A stretch of DNA of 64,000 bases, taken from the human T2T-CHM13v2.0 reference genome, Homo sapiens. How positions within the stretch are numbered: position 1 is the first letter of the stretch; every line of letters begins with the position of its first letter. The notes beneath the pieces were generated by a model that had not been told where the DNA came from, made no database searches, and worked only from the letters and a program-made list of their open reading frames with translations. Shown here piece by piece: positions 30,357 to 43,389 of this stretch. The stretch is taken from NCBI RefSeq assembly GCF_009914755.1, contig NC_060926.1. One strand, given 5' to 3'. Position numbers and translations under genes: made by a program.

Positions 30357-30908
30357 TATCAGAGGCATGTGAACCAGAACAACTCCATCTTGAATAGGAA
30401 CTGGGCAAAATGAGGCTGAAACCTACTGGGCTGCATTCCCAGACAGTTAAGGCATTCTAACTCACAGAATGAGATAGGAGGTCGGCACAAGATACAGGTC
30501 ATAAAGATCTTGCTGATAAAACAGGTTGCTGTAAAGAAGCTGGCTAAATCCTACCAAAACCAAGATGGCCAGGATAGTGACCTCTGGTCATCCTCACTGC
30601 TACACTCCCACCAGTGCCATGACAGTTTGCAAACGCCATGGCAACGTCAGGAAGTTACCCTATATGGTCTGAAAAAGGGGAGCACGAATAATCCACCCCA
30701 TGTTTAGCATATCATCAAGAAATAACCGTAAAAATGGGCAACCAGCAGCCCTCGGCTATGCTGTCTATGGAGTACTCATTCTTTTATTCCTTTACTTTCT
30801 TAATGAACTTGCTTTCACTTTTCACTGCGGACTCGCCCTGAATTCTTTCTTGTGTGAGATCCAACAACCCTCTCTAGGGGTCTGGATGGGGACCCCTTTC
30901 CTGTAACA
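30357..30908 (+). mobile_element. MER41A LTR (ERV1)
   Basis: tcagaggcatgtgaaccagaacaactccatcttgaatagg ... gacccctttcctgtaaca, about 550 bp. Confidence 0.9.
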
Positions 30909-30939
30909 TATTTCTCTGTCCTGTAACACTAAGAATAAC

Positions 30940-31285
30940 AAGACATTACAGCTGTTTCTGTAATAAACAGCCAATAAACATTAACAGCTTAAAATGGTAA
31001 AGGTTTATTTCTTTCACTGTGTGCCCTTTCTGGGTTTGCAGGCACATTGTGTATTACTGTCATTCAGGAAGCAAGCTTCAAAGTTGCTTGTTACCATGCC
31101 AGAGACAAAATTAAATATATCAAAACATACTGGCTCCAAAAGTGACACACAACACTTCTACTCAACTTCCACTGGGGAACACAAGGCACATGGCCACGCC
31201 TAACTTCAAGTGGGCGGGAGAGTCATTCTTCCATGTTCCTGGAGAGTGGGAAGCAGAATATTTGTGAGTAGCCTTAAAACTATCC
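30940..31285 (-). mobile_element. Old MLT1 (K/L-like) MaLR LTR
   Basis: aagtgacacacaacacttctactca...cacatggccacgcctaacttcaag. Confidence 0.55.
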
Positions 31286-32048
31286 TGAGGCATGTGGCTA
31301 AGAAGAAAGGCATCAAAGAGCCTGGCATGTTTGAGACACAGTAAAAAGGTGAAATCTTAGCTTGGAAACCACCAATGAAAAACGTTATATGCCATACAAT
31401 TTGGAATTTGTTCTGAAGGTGTGAAAAGTTTTTTTAAAAAGGATGTTAAGCCAAGGAATGATGTATTACATTTGTTTGAGGTACCTGATAATCAGATTAA
31501 ATCAGATTCCAGCGCAATGATCCCCCTTGCTGCCACATGTGGAAAAATTCACAGATAACCTTGATGGGCTCCTCCATATGGGCTCCTAGGAAGAAAGAGT
31601 GAGCCAGGGTTCATGATGGGGCAGCACCAATTTGCTTTCCTGATTTTGTAACAGGGAAAGCAAAGTATTAAGCAATATGGAGTGATCATTTTGCACTGTA
31701 GCATACTTCTTAAAGTTCATTCAGGTACCAGAGGCATTACCATGCATTATGCTAGGAGCACTGCCCCATGGCCAGTAAACTGAAATGCTATTTCCAGACT
31801 GGTAAAAAGTGAGATTAGCAAATGTGTTTACAACTTGCAATCCTAGCCCTTCACCCAGGAGCTGTGTTGAAACAACCTGAATCTAAGGGCATAATTAAGA
31901 GGACCCAGGGATTTATAGTTTGAGGCTTTTTGCCTGAGTACTTTCCCCAATTCACCCACTACTCTGAGCACAGAAATCCACAAATGTGCTGTCCTGAGGT
32001 GTGAGAGGGCAAAGGTCACAGCATTAGAGCAACCAGAATGTTCAAAAG

Positions 32049-32551
32049 TGTGTTGGTTTCCTACGGCTGCTGTAACAAGTGGCTATAAACTAGGTGGACT
32101 GCAATAGCAAAAATTTATTCTCTCACAGTTCTGGCTGTCAGCAGCCTGAAATCAGGGAGTCAGCAGAGCCGTGCTCCCTCTGGAGGCTCTAGGGAAAATC
32201 CATTCCTTGCCTTTTCAAATTTCTGGTGACTCTAGGCATTCTTTGGCTTGCAAATTATCACTACACTCTCTGCTTCCAAAGTCACATTGCCTCCTACTCT
32301 TCTGTATGTCTTCTTTTATGTGTCTCTGTCCCAACACTTCCTGTCTCTCTCTTATTAGAATACATGTGATTGCATTTAGGGCACACCCAGATAATCCAGG
32401 ATAAATTCCTGCTCTCAAGATTCTTAATCACATCTTTGCCCCATTCATTTCATTTATTCATTTTGAAGGTAACATTCATAGGTTCCAGGGATTAAGATGC
32501 AGAAATATATTTTGGCAGGGGTCGGGGGGGCTACCATTCAACCCACTCTAT
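32049..32551 (-). mobile_element. MLT1B/C MaLR LTR
   Basis: ggctgctgtaacaa...aaatttattctctcacagttctgg...ccattcaacccact. Confidence 0.85.
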
Positions 32552-32835
32552 AGTGGAAATCCTGGAAGGAAGGGTTCCTCAGAGGGATTGAGCCCCAAAA
32601 TATGCATTTAAAATATGCCCAAAGCTTTGGCTAGCTGTCAAACTATACTATAAGTGTGGGACCCAAGAGAGCCTGATCAAAAAGAAGCAGCTGAAAACTG
32701 AAAAAACTGAGTGGAGATTCTAGCTGCTGCCAATGGAAAGGGAGACCATTTGGAGTTTGACTCTAGCTAAGTTAACTCTCTGCTAGAAAAAAAACAAATC
32801 ATGCTCCAGAGAAATAACAGAATCTAAAGCCTCCA

Positions 32836-33479
32836 TGGAGGAGTTGGCTTCAGGTCAAAATTGTATAACCATAAACAATTACAAAGATTTACCTGGCAGC
32901 CTGGCAAGGGGGAAAACTTACCCTCCCTCCCCGTGCCAGACTTGGTGCACAGTTAGTACATTGCAATCTCTGAAGGAAGTTGAGACTCCTTCAGAGACTG
33001 AAGACTCTGAAGTGGAGGACTCAGTCACCCTCTCCACCAACCCTAGCTAGCCATGCTCTTGTGCATATCTGCATTTCCAGCCAAGGCACCTCCATTCAGC
33101 AGCCTCCTTATGGGTAGGGTGGGGTGGGGTTCAGCTTAGATACCATGCAGGCACCACTGCTAAGACCTCCTTATCCTTGAGGACACTTTTCACCACTCTG
33201 ACTCAGTCTTTCATGCGTATCTTTTTCCTGTTTCTCTCATTCCATCCCCCGAGTCCAGAAAATGGCAGGAACCTTTTGTTCCCCAGCTGCAGTGATCCAT
33301 CTGACCCTCACCTGGTGGCACTCCATGAGGAAAAAATGGAGCATTGAGAGAACTGGCACTACTCTTCTCTTTTTGGCCTCTTGCTTAGACTAACACAGTA
33401 AGTGAATAAAGGCTTGATTGTTGCTTTCAGTTTGGCTGTTGCCTGAATTGATCACCTTGACACCTCATAGCTCTCAACA
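32836..33479 (+). mobile_element. ERVL-type LTR (family uncertain) inserted in L1M
   Basis: GC-richer block with aataaa at about 33406, ending ctcaaca. Flanking L1 sequence resumes on both sides. Confidence 0.5.
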
Positions 33480-34260
33480 TCTACTCTATATATTCATAAT
33501 GTACAGTTTTCAGTTAAAAAATAAGACATGTAGAAACACAAAAATGATGGTGATACTCAAGAAGAAGGAAGATGAGGACGAGGAGAAAAATATAAACCAG
33601 ACCCAATATTGTCTAGATGCTGCAATTATCAGACAAGGACTTTAATGCAGCTGTTATAAATATAGTCAAGGACTTAAAGGAAAATATATGTACAATGAAT
33701 AAGCAAATGGAGAATATCCATAGTGAAAAAAACTATATTAAAGAACAAAATTTGAATTCTAGAGCTGAAAAAAATAAAATTATAGAAATAAAAATTTATT
33801 GACTTAACTGTAGATTAAAAATAGCAAGAGTCAGTGAATTTGAAAATAGATCAATAGAAATGATCTAATCCGAAGAACAGAGAAAAAATGATGGAATTAA
33901 AATGAACAGTCTCTCAGAGAACTGTCAAACCATTTATCAAGTAGCTTAATGTGTATGCAATTGGAGTCCTGGGAAGAGAAGAGATAAAAAAAATTGAGCA
34001 GAAAAAATACTTAAAGAAACACTGAATGAAACTTATGAAGGACATCAATTTAAAGATCCAAAATGCGCCCACAAACCCCAATAAATATAAATGCAAAGAA
34101 AATCACATCAAGACATATCATAGTCAAATAGATAAAATGGAAAGATAAAAAAGAATTTTGAAAGCAACCAGAGAAACAATGATGTATTACATACAGTGGA
34201 AAATGGATGCAGATCACGGCTGGCTTCTTATCAGAAACAATAAAGAATGGAAAACAATGG
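33480..34260 (+). mobile_element. L1M5/L1ME ORF1 fragment (upstream piece at about 32580-32835)
   Basis: ORF 33617-33802 'LSDKDFNAAVINIVKDLKEN'; agtgaatttgaaaatagatcaatagaaat. Confidence 0.8.
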
Positions 34261-34734
34261 CTACTTTCCTGGCAAAACCTATGCTATGACTCATATCTCA
34301 GTCATATTATAAGCTACAGCTAATAGATAGAAATCTGCTCTAATCACCCACACAAAGTGTCATTATAGAGACTAGAGCCAGGTTTCTTACTCATTATGGA
34401 GTAGAAGAGGCAGTGTATAGGCTTCTTGGGATACTAACTAAAAGACACTGGGACCAAGGCTTCAAAGAAACAATGTCAAGTTGGGGAACAGAGGCCTCAG
34501 AATTGGGGAAGTCAAAAGCTAAAAATGCAGTACCAGCTGTTTACAGCAGGCCCACTGCCATCTTAAACCTATAGTAGGGCTTGAGCAGGCACATTGGCTT
34601 CAGGATCTGATTTTTAAGATGGAGATGGCAAGAATAGCGTTGTAGCCTCTAAGATTAGGCCTACAAGTCCCCTTAACAAGAGTAGTTGCTCTAACATATT
34701 GATTCTTTACAATAGACCAACAACTTGGGGATTC

Positions 34735-35120
34735 AATTATTCATTAAACAAATATTTATCATGCACCTACTCTGTTAGGCTATTTTACATTCTGGAGATA
34801 CATCAGTAAAAAAATAAGGCAAATCTTATTGCTCTTATGTTGCTTATATTCCAGCAGAAAGAAAGAAAGAAAAATTATGATAAATAAGTAAATTATCTTA
34901 TATTAGCAAGTAATAATTAGTATGGAAAAAACAGAGAGATTGTGAGTGTTGAAGGAATATTGAAATTTTAGATGGGATGGTCAGGGTAGGCTTCACTTAG
35001 AAGGTGACATTTGAGCAAAGAGTTTAATGATAAGGAAGCATTGTGAATATCTTGGGAAAGAGTTTTGCAGGCAGGGATAATAGCCAGTGCAAAGACCCTG
35101 AGGCAAGAATGTGCTTTCGG
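34735..35120 (-). mobile_element. L2 3' end
   Basis: ttcattaaacaaatattt...gaaggtgacatttgagcaaag...gtgcaaagaccctgagg. Confidence 0.8.
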
Positions 35121-37049
35121 CTGCACAAGGCCTAGTTCATGCATCCAAACAAGAGGTTGGAGCAGTTTATTTCCTCTCTCTTTGAGGTCAGGATGGATTT
35201 TGGGAACTGAAGTGGACTGAGCCAACAAGGCAGGGATCAATATCCAGCAGCTATAAGGAGAAGTGGGGATGCCAAGGCTGAGACTAGGACTGGGCCTGAG
35301 AACAGTAGTATGAACTCTGCCACTTCTCACTCAAACTATCGTCTAGCTTTTCTCTTTTTCCTGGATCTTCTTTGTGCCTAATCGATATGTTATTTGTAAG
35401 CATGAAATCTGACTTTATGAACTCTGTGATAATGTACAATGTTTTCAAGTTGTTTCACTAAAGGAGTAATTATAAAGTCTTAATTGCTTATCTTTTATAT
35501 CAAAGCATTGAAATAACATTTAAATAGATCAAAGTGTTTAGAGAAAGATGCAAATTGGCTTTATCACAAGAATGTGGGAGAATCTGGACTTTGACTTGGC
35601 ATATAAGTTGGGTTGCCTGTCCAGTACCACCTTAACTCCTGAAAAATAGGGGCTCCTGCTCAAACTGAGGCTGTACCTATCACAAACACCAATGAATGTG
35701 GTAAAGAACACATAATACTTTTGGCCACAACTAGTCAGTGCTGGTTCATTGTTACCCATAACTCAGCATTTGCTCCTGTGGTTAACACCACTCAGGCCCC
35801 AAAGAAATGCTTCAGTACATTTCTTGGTCTGTGTGCTCAAAGTACAAAGTAACTGTTTCAATAATACTGTAAGGTTTATGGGTTATGCTGCTGTTGATAT
35901 TGGACACAAATGGCTTTGAAGTGCAAGAGAACTGGAGCAGTGAAAGTGCGTAGTTAAGTGAAAAGATAAATTATTTGACTTGTCAAATCTCTACTCTCAG
36001 ATAGCATGCATACAATGAATTCTTGTGCAACGAAGTATAATTTCTCTATAATGCTGAGTGTCTATTTTTTTGCTCTTTGATTTCATGTCTTCAGAGTTTC
36101 TCACAAATTAGTATGGAATCCCAACAATTGCAAATGGCAGCTGAGGAATATTTTATAATATCAAATAATTCACATCACTTAAATTTTCATATGTGTAGGT
36201 CTATACATAACTTTTGTAGTGCATAACACAAATTTTTACTTTGACAATTAGATGGATATGGTATAAGATAATTGTAAATGATTTCATGTAAAAAATGTTT
36301 GATAATATTTATTTTCAAAAAGTAAAATAAAAGTTGATATTCACCAGTTGTAGTTGTATTTCTTATATTTTAGGAGAAAATTTAATCTGAGAGCATATAA
36401 TATAGTTTTAATTAATTTTTTACATTTACTTTAAGATTTTTAGCTAAAATTTACACAGATTTTTAGAGTTCAAATATATGTCTCAGTTTTAAATTCTCAG
36501 ATCATTGCTATCAATAGAACAGGATTTTGCCAGAATGGAGACAAAAAAAATGAATGTAATGAAATATATACATAGTAAATTTTGAATTATGTATGTCTTA
36601 ATATTGCTGTTTATCCAAACATTGCCAGACTATTAACAGACACCCAGATGCAGCAATAACTAAATGTAATCACTTTTGATATTTGATTCATTTAAATTAA
36701 AACCATAACTTTATACATATTTTTTGATTTTTATCTTTATGAAGATACATTTGTCAAGATTAGAAGTAACATTTTATTCAATGATTGGTTTATAACTTTT
36801 ACATATTTAAACAAAATGTATGTTTCTCCATTTGTACTCTTGCCCTTGGTCTTTGAAATATTAGGGAAGCTTCTCCCCTGGCCTTCTATCCACAGGATCT
36901 TTTCAGTATGATGATATGAAGCCCAGGGCTCCAAAGATAATTTTTGAAAAGATCATCCCAAACAAGTCACACTCTGGCTGTGAAATATACATTATTTAGA
37001 TTCCAGAAGAATCAGGTTTGGGGATTCCTTCACCTAACAGTACCTTGTT

Positions 37050-37240
37050 AGAACAGTGGCTCTGTAATGAAAAGGGGTGAGGACCTGGAGTTAGAAGTCC
37101 CAGGTCTATGTCCCAGCCTCATTAGTTACTTCCTTTGTGATCTTAGACAAAATAACTCACCTAGAACATCAGTTTCTTCATCTACGTGATAATAAGTGCT
37201 GTTTTGACTACTAAATAAGATGACATGTAAAAGCCTACAG
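37050..37240 (+). mobile_element. MIR SINE
   Basis: tgtgatcttagacaaa...tcagtttcttcatct. Confidence 0.65.
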
Positions 37241-37975
37241 AACAGAATATTGAATTTTGATAGTTGGATTAATAGCCAATCCCAGAAGCAATTTGTGGCA
37301 AACACAGTGTGTACTTGTTTACCTGATGGGCATTTTCTGGCTCTTTGCCCTATAGTGCTAAAACAGGAAAGAAAATTTCAAACATATACAAAAGCATAAA
37401 AAAAAAGTAGAATAAGTTTTGAATTACCTACCTATACTCCTCTACTTCTCTCCTTTCCCATGGATAATTTTGAAGCAAATTTCAGAGTTATATCACTAAA
37501 TTAATAAGTATACTTTTTATTTCAGGAAGTCTTTTTATTACACAGGAATTAACATATTTTAGAGTTTGCCTTTGGCATAGATTTTAGGTCTGACATTTGG
37601 CAGTTTTTCAAAAGTCTTAATTTCTTTTTTCTCATCAGGGACTCTAGAAATGAATTGAGCAGAAAGTTAATAGATTATCACCTATGTCACCTAAACACAT
37701 AGCACTAGTATCAGTACTCTTTGGGCATTCTGTAATTTCTAGTAATTTTCACTCTAGCATTATTTCTTCATGCTAAGCATTGTCAACAGAAACACCAATA
37801 GAGTCCATCCTTATACCTGCTAGGTTATTAAAATTTTATATGTGGTTGATTTCTCTCTAATTACTAGCTGTAAAACGCCTATCAAAATAGAAAGCTTATT
37901 TGTATGCATGTTGTTTCACAAACTGCAGGGTGCAGAACAAATTAAGACACTTTCTTCTGCTTCCCAGAGAGTTAG

Positions 37976-38773
37976 TGCATTAGCTTCTTATTGCTGCTGT
38001 AACAAACTGTCACAAATATAGTGGCTTATGACAACGCAAATTTATTATCTTACAGTTCAGAAGGTCAGAAGTTTAAAATGTGTTGGCAGTATTGGGATCC
38101 TTCTGGAGGGTCTAGAGGAGAATCTGTTTCCTTGGCTTTTCTAGAAGCCACATACATTTCTGGATTCTTGGCCTCTTCCTCCATCATCAAAGCAGCAGCA
38201 TAGCATCTTCTGTTTCTGTTTCTGTGCTTAATTTATTACATTGCCTTCTGTCTTTTATCCTCCTTCCTCCCTCTTATGAGGACCCTGCTGGTTACATTGA
38301 ACCCATTCAGATAATCCAGAATCTCTTCATCTCAAGATACTTGATTTAATCACACTTGCAAAGTTCTGTTCTTTTCTTTTCTTTTTCCTTTTTTTTTTTT
38401 TTTTTGAGACAGAGTCTCTATCCCCCAGGCTGGAGTGCAGTGGCGCGATCTCCACTCACTGCCACCTCCGTCTCCTGAGTTCAAGCGATTCTCATGTCTC
38501 AGCCTCCCGAATAGCTGGGACTGCAGGCGTGCACCACCACACCTGGCTAATTTTTGTATTTTTAGTAGCGACGGGGTTTCACCATGCTGGCCAGGCTGGT
38601 CTGGAACTCCTGACCTCGGGTGATCCACCTGCCTCGGCCTCCTAAAGTGCTGGGATTACAGGCATAAGCCACCGTGCCCAGCCTTCTTTTCTTTTAAATG
38701 TAACAAAACATTTCATAGATTCTGGGAATTTGAGTATAAACATCTTTGGGAGACCATTATTCAGCCTACCACA
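37976..38773 (-). mobile_element. MLT1B/C LTR interrupted by an Alu
   Basis: tgcattagcttcttattgctgctgtaacaaa ... ccattattcagcctaccaca. Confidence 0.85.
38388..38683 (-). mobile_element. AluS (Sx/Sz-like)
   Basis: Full dimeric Alu with poly-T on the + strand. Confidence 0.92.
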
Positions 38774-38930
38774 CCCAGCCAGCTTAGGGATAGAGAAAAA
38801 GGGAAAAGGAAGGATAAAGCAAGCAAGAAAAATAGAGGGAGGCAGCTGGTGGAGAGATGACGACAGGTTTGCAGCAAGATGGTGCAGAGAAGCAGGAGAA
38901 GCATCCCTATGTGTCTGACTTGTAGAAAAG

Positions 38931-39304
38931 TGCTATGGCATGAATGTGTCTCCTAAAAGTTCATGTGTTGGAAATTTAATCCCTCTACCTTATGAATAGT
39001 TTAACAGATTAATGAGGATTCTTCTCTCATGAATAAATTAATGTCACTATCACAGAAGTGGGTTCCTTATTGAGAGAGTAGTTTTGTTTCAAAAGTGGGC
39101 TCTCTCTGACTTTCTTCTTCTTGCCCTCCTGCCATATGATGCCCTGTGCCATGTTATGACACAGCAAGAAGGCCCTCATCAGATGCCAGTGCTATGCTCT
39201 TGGACTCTCCAGCCTCCAGAACTTTAAACTAAATAAACTTCCTTTCTTTATAAGCTATTCTGTCTGTGGTATTCTATTATAGCAACAGAAAATGGACTAA
39301 GACA
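38931..39304 (+). mobile_element. MSTB-like MaLR LTR
   Basis: tgctatggcatgaatgtgtc...aaataaa...tagcaacagaaaatggactaagaca. Confidence 0.88.
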
Positions 39305-39573
39305 GAAGGTGCTCTTCAACAGCTGGCAAATTAGTGGGTGGAAGCTTCTATCTACAACCTGCTGAAAGCTTTAGAAAAGTGGTGAAAATATCACAGAGAA
39401 ATGTAGAAATAAGGACTGTTTTAGTGTTTTTTTTCCTGTGGGTACATATATTCTTAATATTTATAAACATGTCTTTTAACCATGAGTAATTTTTATAATA
39501 CTGGTTTATTCTGAGTGTATGCACACATTTAGACCCTAAGAACCCTAGAATAAAAATAAAAATATTAGCCAGG

Positions 39574-39943
39574 TGTATTAGTCTTCTAAGGCTGTCATAA
39601 CAAAATACCACAGACTGGGTGACTTAAATGAGAGAAATTTATTTCCTACAGTTCTAGAGGCTGGAAGTCCAAGCTCAAGGTGTCAGTTTTGGTTTCTCCT
39701 GAGGTCTCTCCCTTTGGCTTGCAAATAGCTGCCTTCTTGCTATGTCCTCATATGGTCTTTTCTTTGATGTCCCTTCCTTTTTTTTTTTTTTTTTTTTAAG
39801 GGACACCATTCACATTTGATTTAAACCCTTACCGACATGATCTCATTTAACATGAATTATCTCAAGGGCCCTTTCTCCAAATACAGCTACATCGGGAGTT
39901 AGCCTTCAACCTACACATTTGGGAGAAACAATCATTCTATAAC
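39574..39943 (-). mobile_element. MLT1A-like MaLR LTR
   Basis: tgtattagtc...ataacaaaataccacagactgggtgactta...ctataaca. TSD ccagg / tcagg. Confidence 0.88.
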
Positions 39944-40109
39944 ATCAGGAATCAGAATGTGCTGGATAAGACAATCTTCCAGATACTATGTTTTGTACTA
40001 AGAGTACATATCAGATAACACTGTAGTAAGTATGGGTTGAAAGAGACAATTCCCAAAATGGAACAAATAAAGTGAAGGCCTAACTCCAAACCATCCAGTA
40101 ATGCCTGCC

Positions 40110-40570
40110 TCCATAGTCAGAGTGCTCTAAGCAGAAAGAAACACAAGGGCAAAAGTCCTGAGAAGGAAAAGATGCTTAGTAGAGTTGAGGAGTAGAGAGA
40201 AGATCTCTCTAACTAGAGCATGGGACAAGAGGGAGGAGGGTAGGAAGGTAATTTTTTTATTAATAGGGACAAATCATGTGGGGCTTTGCAGGACATGGTA
40301 AGGACTTTAGATTTTTCTTTTATGCAGAAAATAAAATTTTATCTCATTGCCACTGTGTGGCTGATGAACTTGGGGTTGGAGTGGTAAGAGAGCATCTAGG
40401 AGACTGCTTATGAGGCTGCTGTGTTTCTTCAGATGGGGGAAGAGGTGGTTTGACCCAGAGTCATAACAGTGTAGTGGTATTCAATGGTCATATTTGTAAT
40501 GTATTTTGAAGGTGACCCGAAGGGGGTTACCGCTAAATTAAATTTGGGGTGTGAAGGAAAAGAAAAGAAT
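40110..40570 (-). mobile_element. L2 fragment
   Basis: catggtaaggactttagattt; gtattttgaaggtga. Confidence 0.7.
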
Positions 40571-40854
40571 GAAGCTTGTAGAAAGAGCCCTAGAGAACCC
40601 AATATTTTGAGAGCCGATTTGGCAGGAGATGCCCAAAGGAGATAATAAAACAGAGTGCCACCTCCACGGAAGATCGGGACTGAAGACTGGGGCTAATGGG
40701 CAGATTGTGGAGAAACCAGGAAAATAGTTATCTTCCTTAAAATGGAATTAGAATGTGATTTTCCAAGAATATTTTATTCCTGAAAAGGGAGAGACTGACG
40801 ATTGAGATAAACTGGATTGCATCCTCCATCGCTATGCAGTAATTGTACATGTCA

Positions 40855-41830
40855 GGCACAGCAAGAGTTATGCCATGATCTCCTGTGATATTGTTTGTAG
40901 TGGATAAAATGGAAAAGTATAGCATAGACAATATAGGGATTTGTAATTTATTGAGAAAATTTGCTCCAAATGACAAATGACTCAACTACAGCTTAGGAAT
41001 ACTTTTCTTATAACTATAGAAAGCTGCCCATAGCTTAGATGAGGACATAGAGGGCTTGCTCGTTAAATTTGTGTATGATATGAAGCTACAAAGAGACATG
41101 AATACATAAAAGACAAAATCATTATCTAAAACCATTTGCATTTATATCTAAAAAGTTTAATTTAATGAGGATTTATGTAAGGTCTTGTACATGGTCCAAA
41201 AAAGCCCCACAAACAACTGAACAAATGCAAGTGTGGAGAGTTATGAGTGGATAGACACATCCATGAAAGACATAGCAGTTTTAGCATTCAGAGAGGCCAA
41301 TATTAGCCTGTAGTGTGATATGACTGCCAAATAAATTAATGCAATCCCAGGTGGTGTTCATGATATATTATCTAGATATACATATCTTAGATATGTATAT
41401 ATATACGTGTGTGTATGTATACATTAGACCACATTTAATCTCTTCGAAGTCACAACTTAAGAATATTGACAAATGGAAATAAAGTTTAACCAAGAGAGAT
41501 AGACTGAAAAACACACCTAAGATATGGAAGACCTAGGTTATGTTTAATTCATTCAACAAATATTTGCTGTATGATCAGTTCGTGTCAGATGTCTTTATAG
41601 GCACAGGAGCTACAGCAGGAAAAAACTGCTCTTAAAAGGATGAAATCCTAGAAAGGAGTAATAGCTAATAACTGCTATATAGAAGAGATATAAGATGCAT
41701 TCTGGATGGATCAAAGGAGAAGACATTAAAATGATTAGGAGCTTTAGGAAAATCTAATTTTAATATTTAAAAACTAACAAAATTCTTAACAGCTTTCTAA
41801 GAAAAATGAATTATTTTGACATAGTAAGTT
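40855..41830 (+). mobile_element. L3/CR1 fragments (RT region and 3' end)
   Basis: gtggataaaatggaaaag; gatgaggacatagagggcttgctcgttaaatttg; gtgtgatatgactgccaaa. Confidence 0.6.
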
Positions 41831-41859
41831 CTCTTTTAGTAGACTTGTTAGGAAAAATA

Positions 41860-43350
41860 GGAAGCCATACATTTAATCTTTTCTAAAGGCATTTTACATG
41901 CACATTTTAGAAAAGTAGAAGTACAAAAAGAAAGAAAAATCACACTTAATTCAATAACTTTGTGGTAGTCAGTATTTCTCCCGCTTTCTCTAAATATCTG
42001 TCTCCATACACTGAAGATCAGGATCACACACACACACATGACTAATCCTATAATTATATTTACATATTAGATGGTTGAGATCTTACTGTGATATAGCTTT
42101 ACGTTCCTTTTTTACTAAACATTATAAGTATTTCCATAACACTTAAAGTTCTCTGTGAATATCATATTAATGGTGGAACAATATTATATCATATGTGCCA
42201 TGGATTTTTAAACCATTCCTCTGGTGCTGGAAATTTATGATGTTTTAATTTATTTGGTCATAAATGATTCTGTGGTAAGTAGCTTTGTGTTCGCTGTGCT
42301 CTCATCTAATTATTTACTTGGAATAGAGTTAGGAAAGTGTAATTACTATGCAAAAAGCTATGGGATTTTTTAAGATTTTAGATGTATATTATAAAATTAA
42401 TTTCAGAAAGGTTAAATCCATTTACATGCCTATTAGCATGAGAATTCCAACCTCACCTCACTCTTAGCCAATATTATTATTTTTAAAATCTTTTCTAATT
42501 TCATGGGCAAAAATTAGTGTTACATTTTCATTGACTCTCCTTAGATGACTAATGAGGCTGAAAATGTACTTCAGATACTTATTAACTACTTGTCTTTCCT
42601 GTAAGTTTTCTTATGCTCAAGTTTTCCAATGGTGGTGCAGAATTTTCCTTATTGACTTGAATATAATCTCTAGACAGTAAGAATATTACTTTTTAAATAT
42701 TTATTATGTCTTTGTGGCAATTACTTTTTCTTCCTTGTCTTTCTTCTTTGGTTTTGATTATTATATTTACATAGCAGAAAAAATATTGATAAATTTGATG
42801 ATAAAAAATAAAATTTAGTGAATATTATAAAATAATATCAAAATAAAATGCATAAAGCTTTGAGACACTTGAATCAAATGTTTCCAACAAAATATTAACA
42901 TGCCTCATATTTAACACTTCAAGCAAATCTATGAAAAATATCAAAATGCAATAAATAGGTGCAAAAAGAACAAAAACACACAATGAATCCAAGAAACAGT
43001 TTAATCTCCACAGCAATGAAATAAATCAAAACAAAACATCAACATCAATGATGAAATTTCATCTATCATATTATCAAATATTAAAATAAATGATAATACT
43101 GCTGTCCGCATGGTGATACAGATGCATGCAAATTTTGGGAAAACATTTTGGTAACATGCTATGTATTAACAACTTCAAAATATGCTTATTTTTGTTTCAG
43201 TAAGTGCAGTTTTGGAAAATTGTATTGAATCAGAGATATGACACAGGCATGTTTATTGCATCATGATCTGTAAGCAGTCTACATATGCAATATAAAGAGA
43301 TGATTTAAGTAAATTATGTTCTGTTTATAAAGTGAAATGTCATGCTGCTA
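41860..43350. mobile_element. Diverged L1ME 3' fragments (minus to about 42700, plus from about 42830)
   Basis: ttaaccattcc/gatgttttaatt antisense motifs, then catgtttattgcatcatg...taagtaaattatg sense motifs. Confidence 0.5.
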
Positions 43351-43389
43351 ATGAGTGAGACTGTCATTTTGGAAATTAAAATAGGATAG

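Noticed and set aside
41376-41400. 12-bp-arm AT-rich palindrome atatacatatct-t-agatatgtatat
   Set aside because: Lies in a TA/CA low-complexity tract where such palindromes arise readily.
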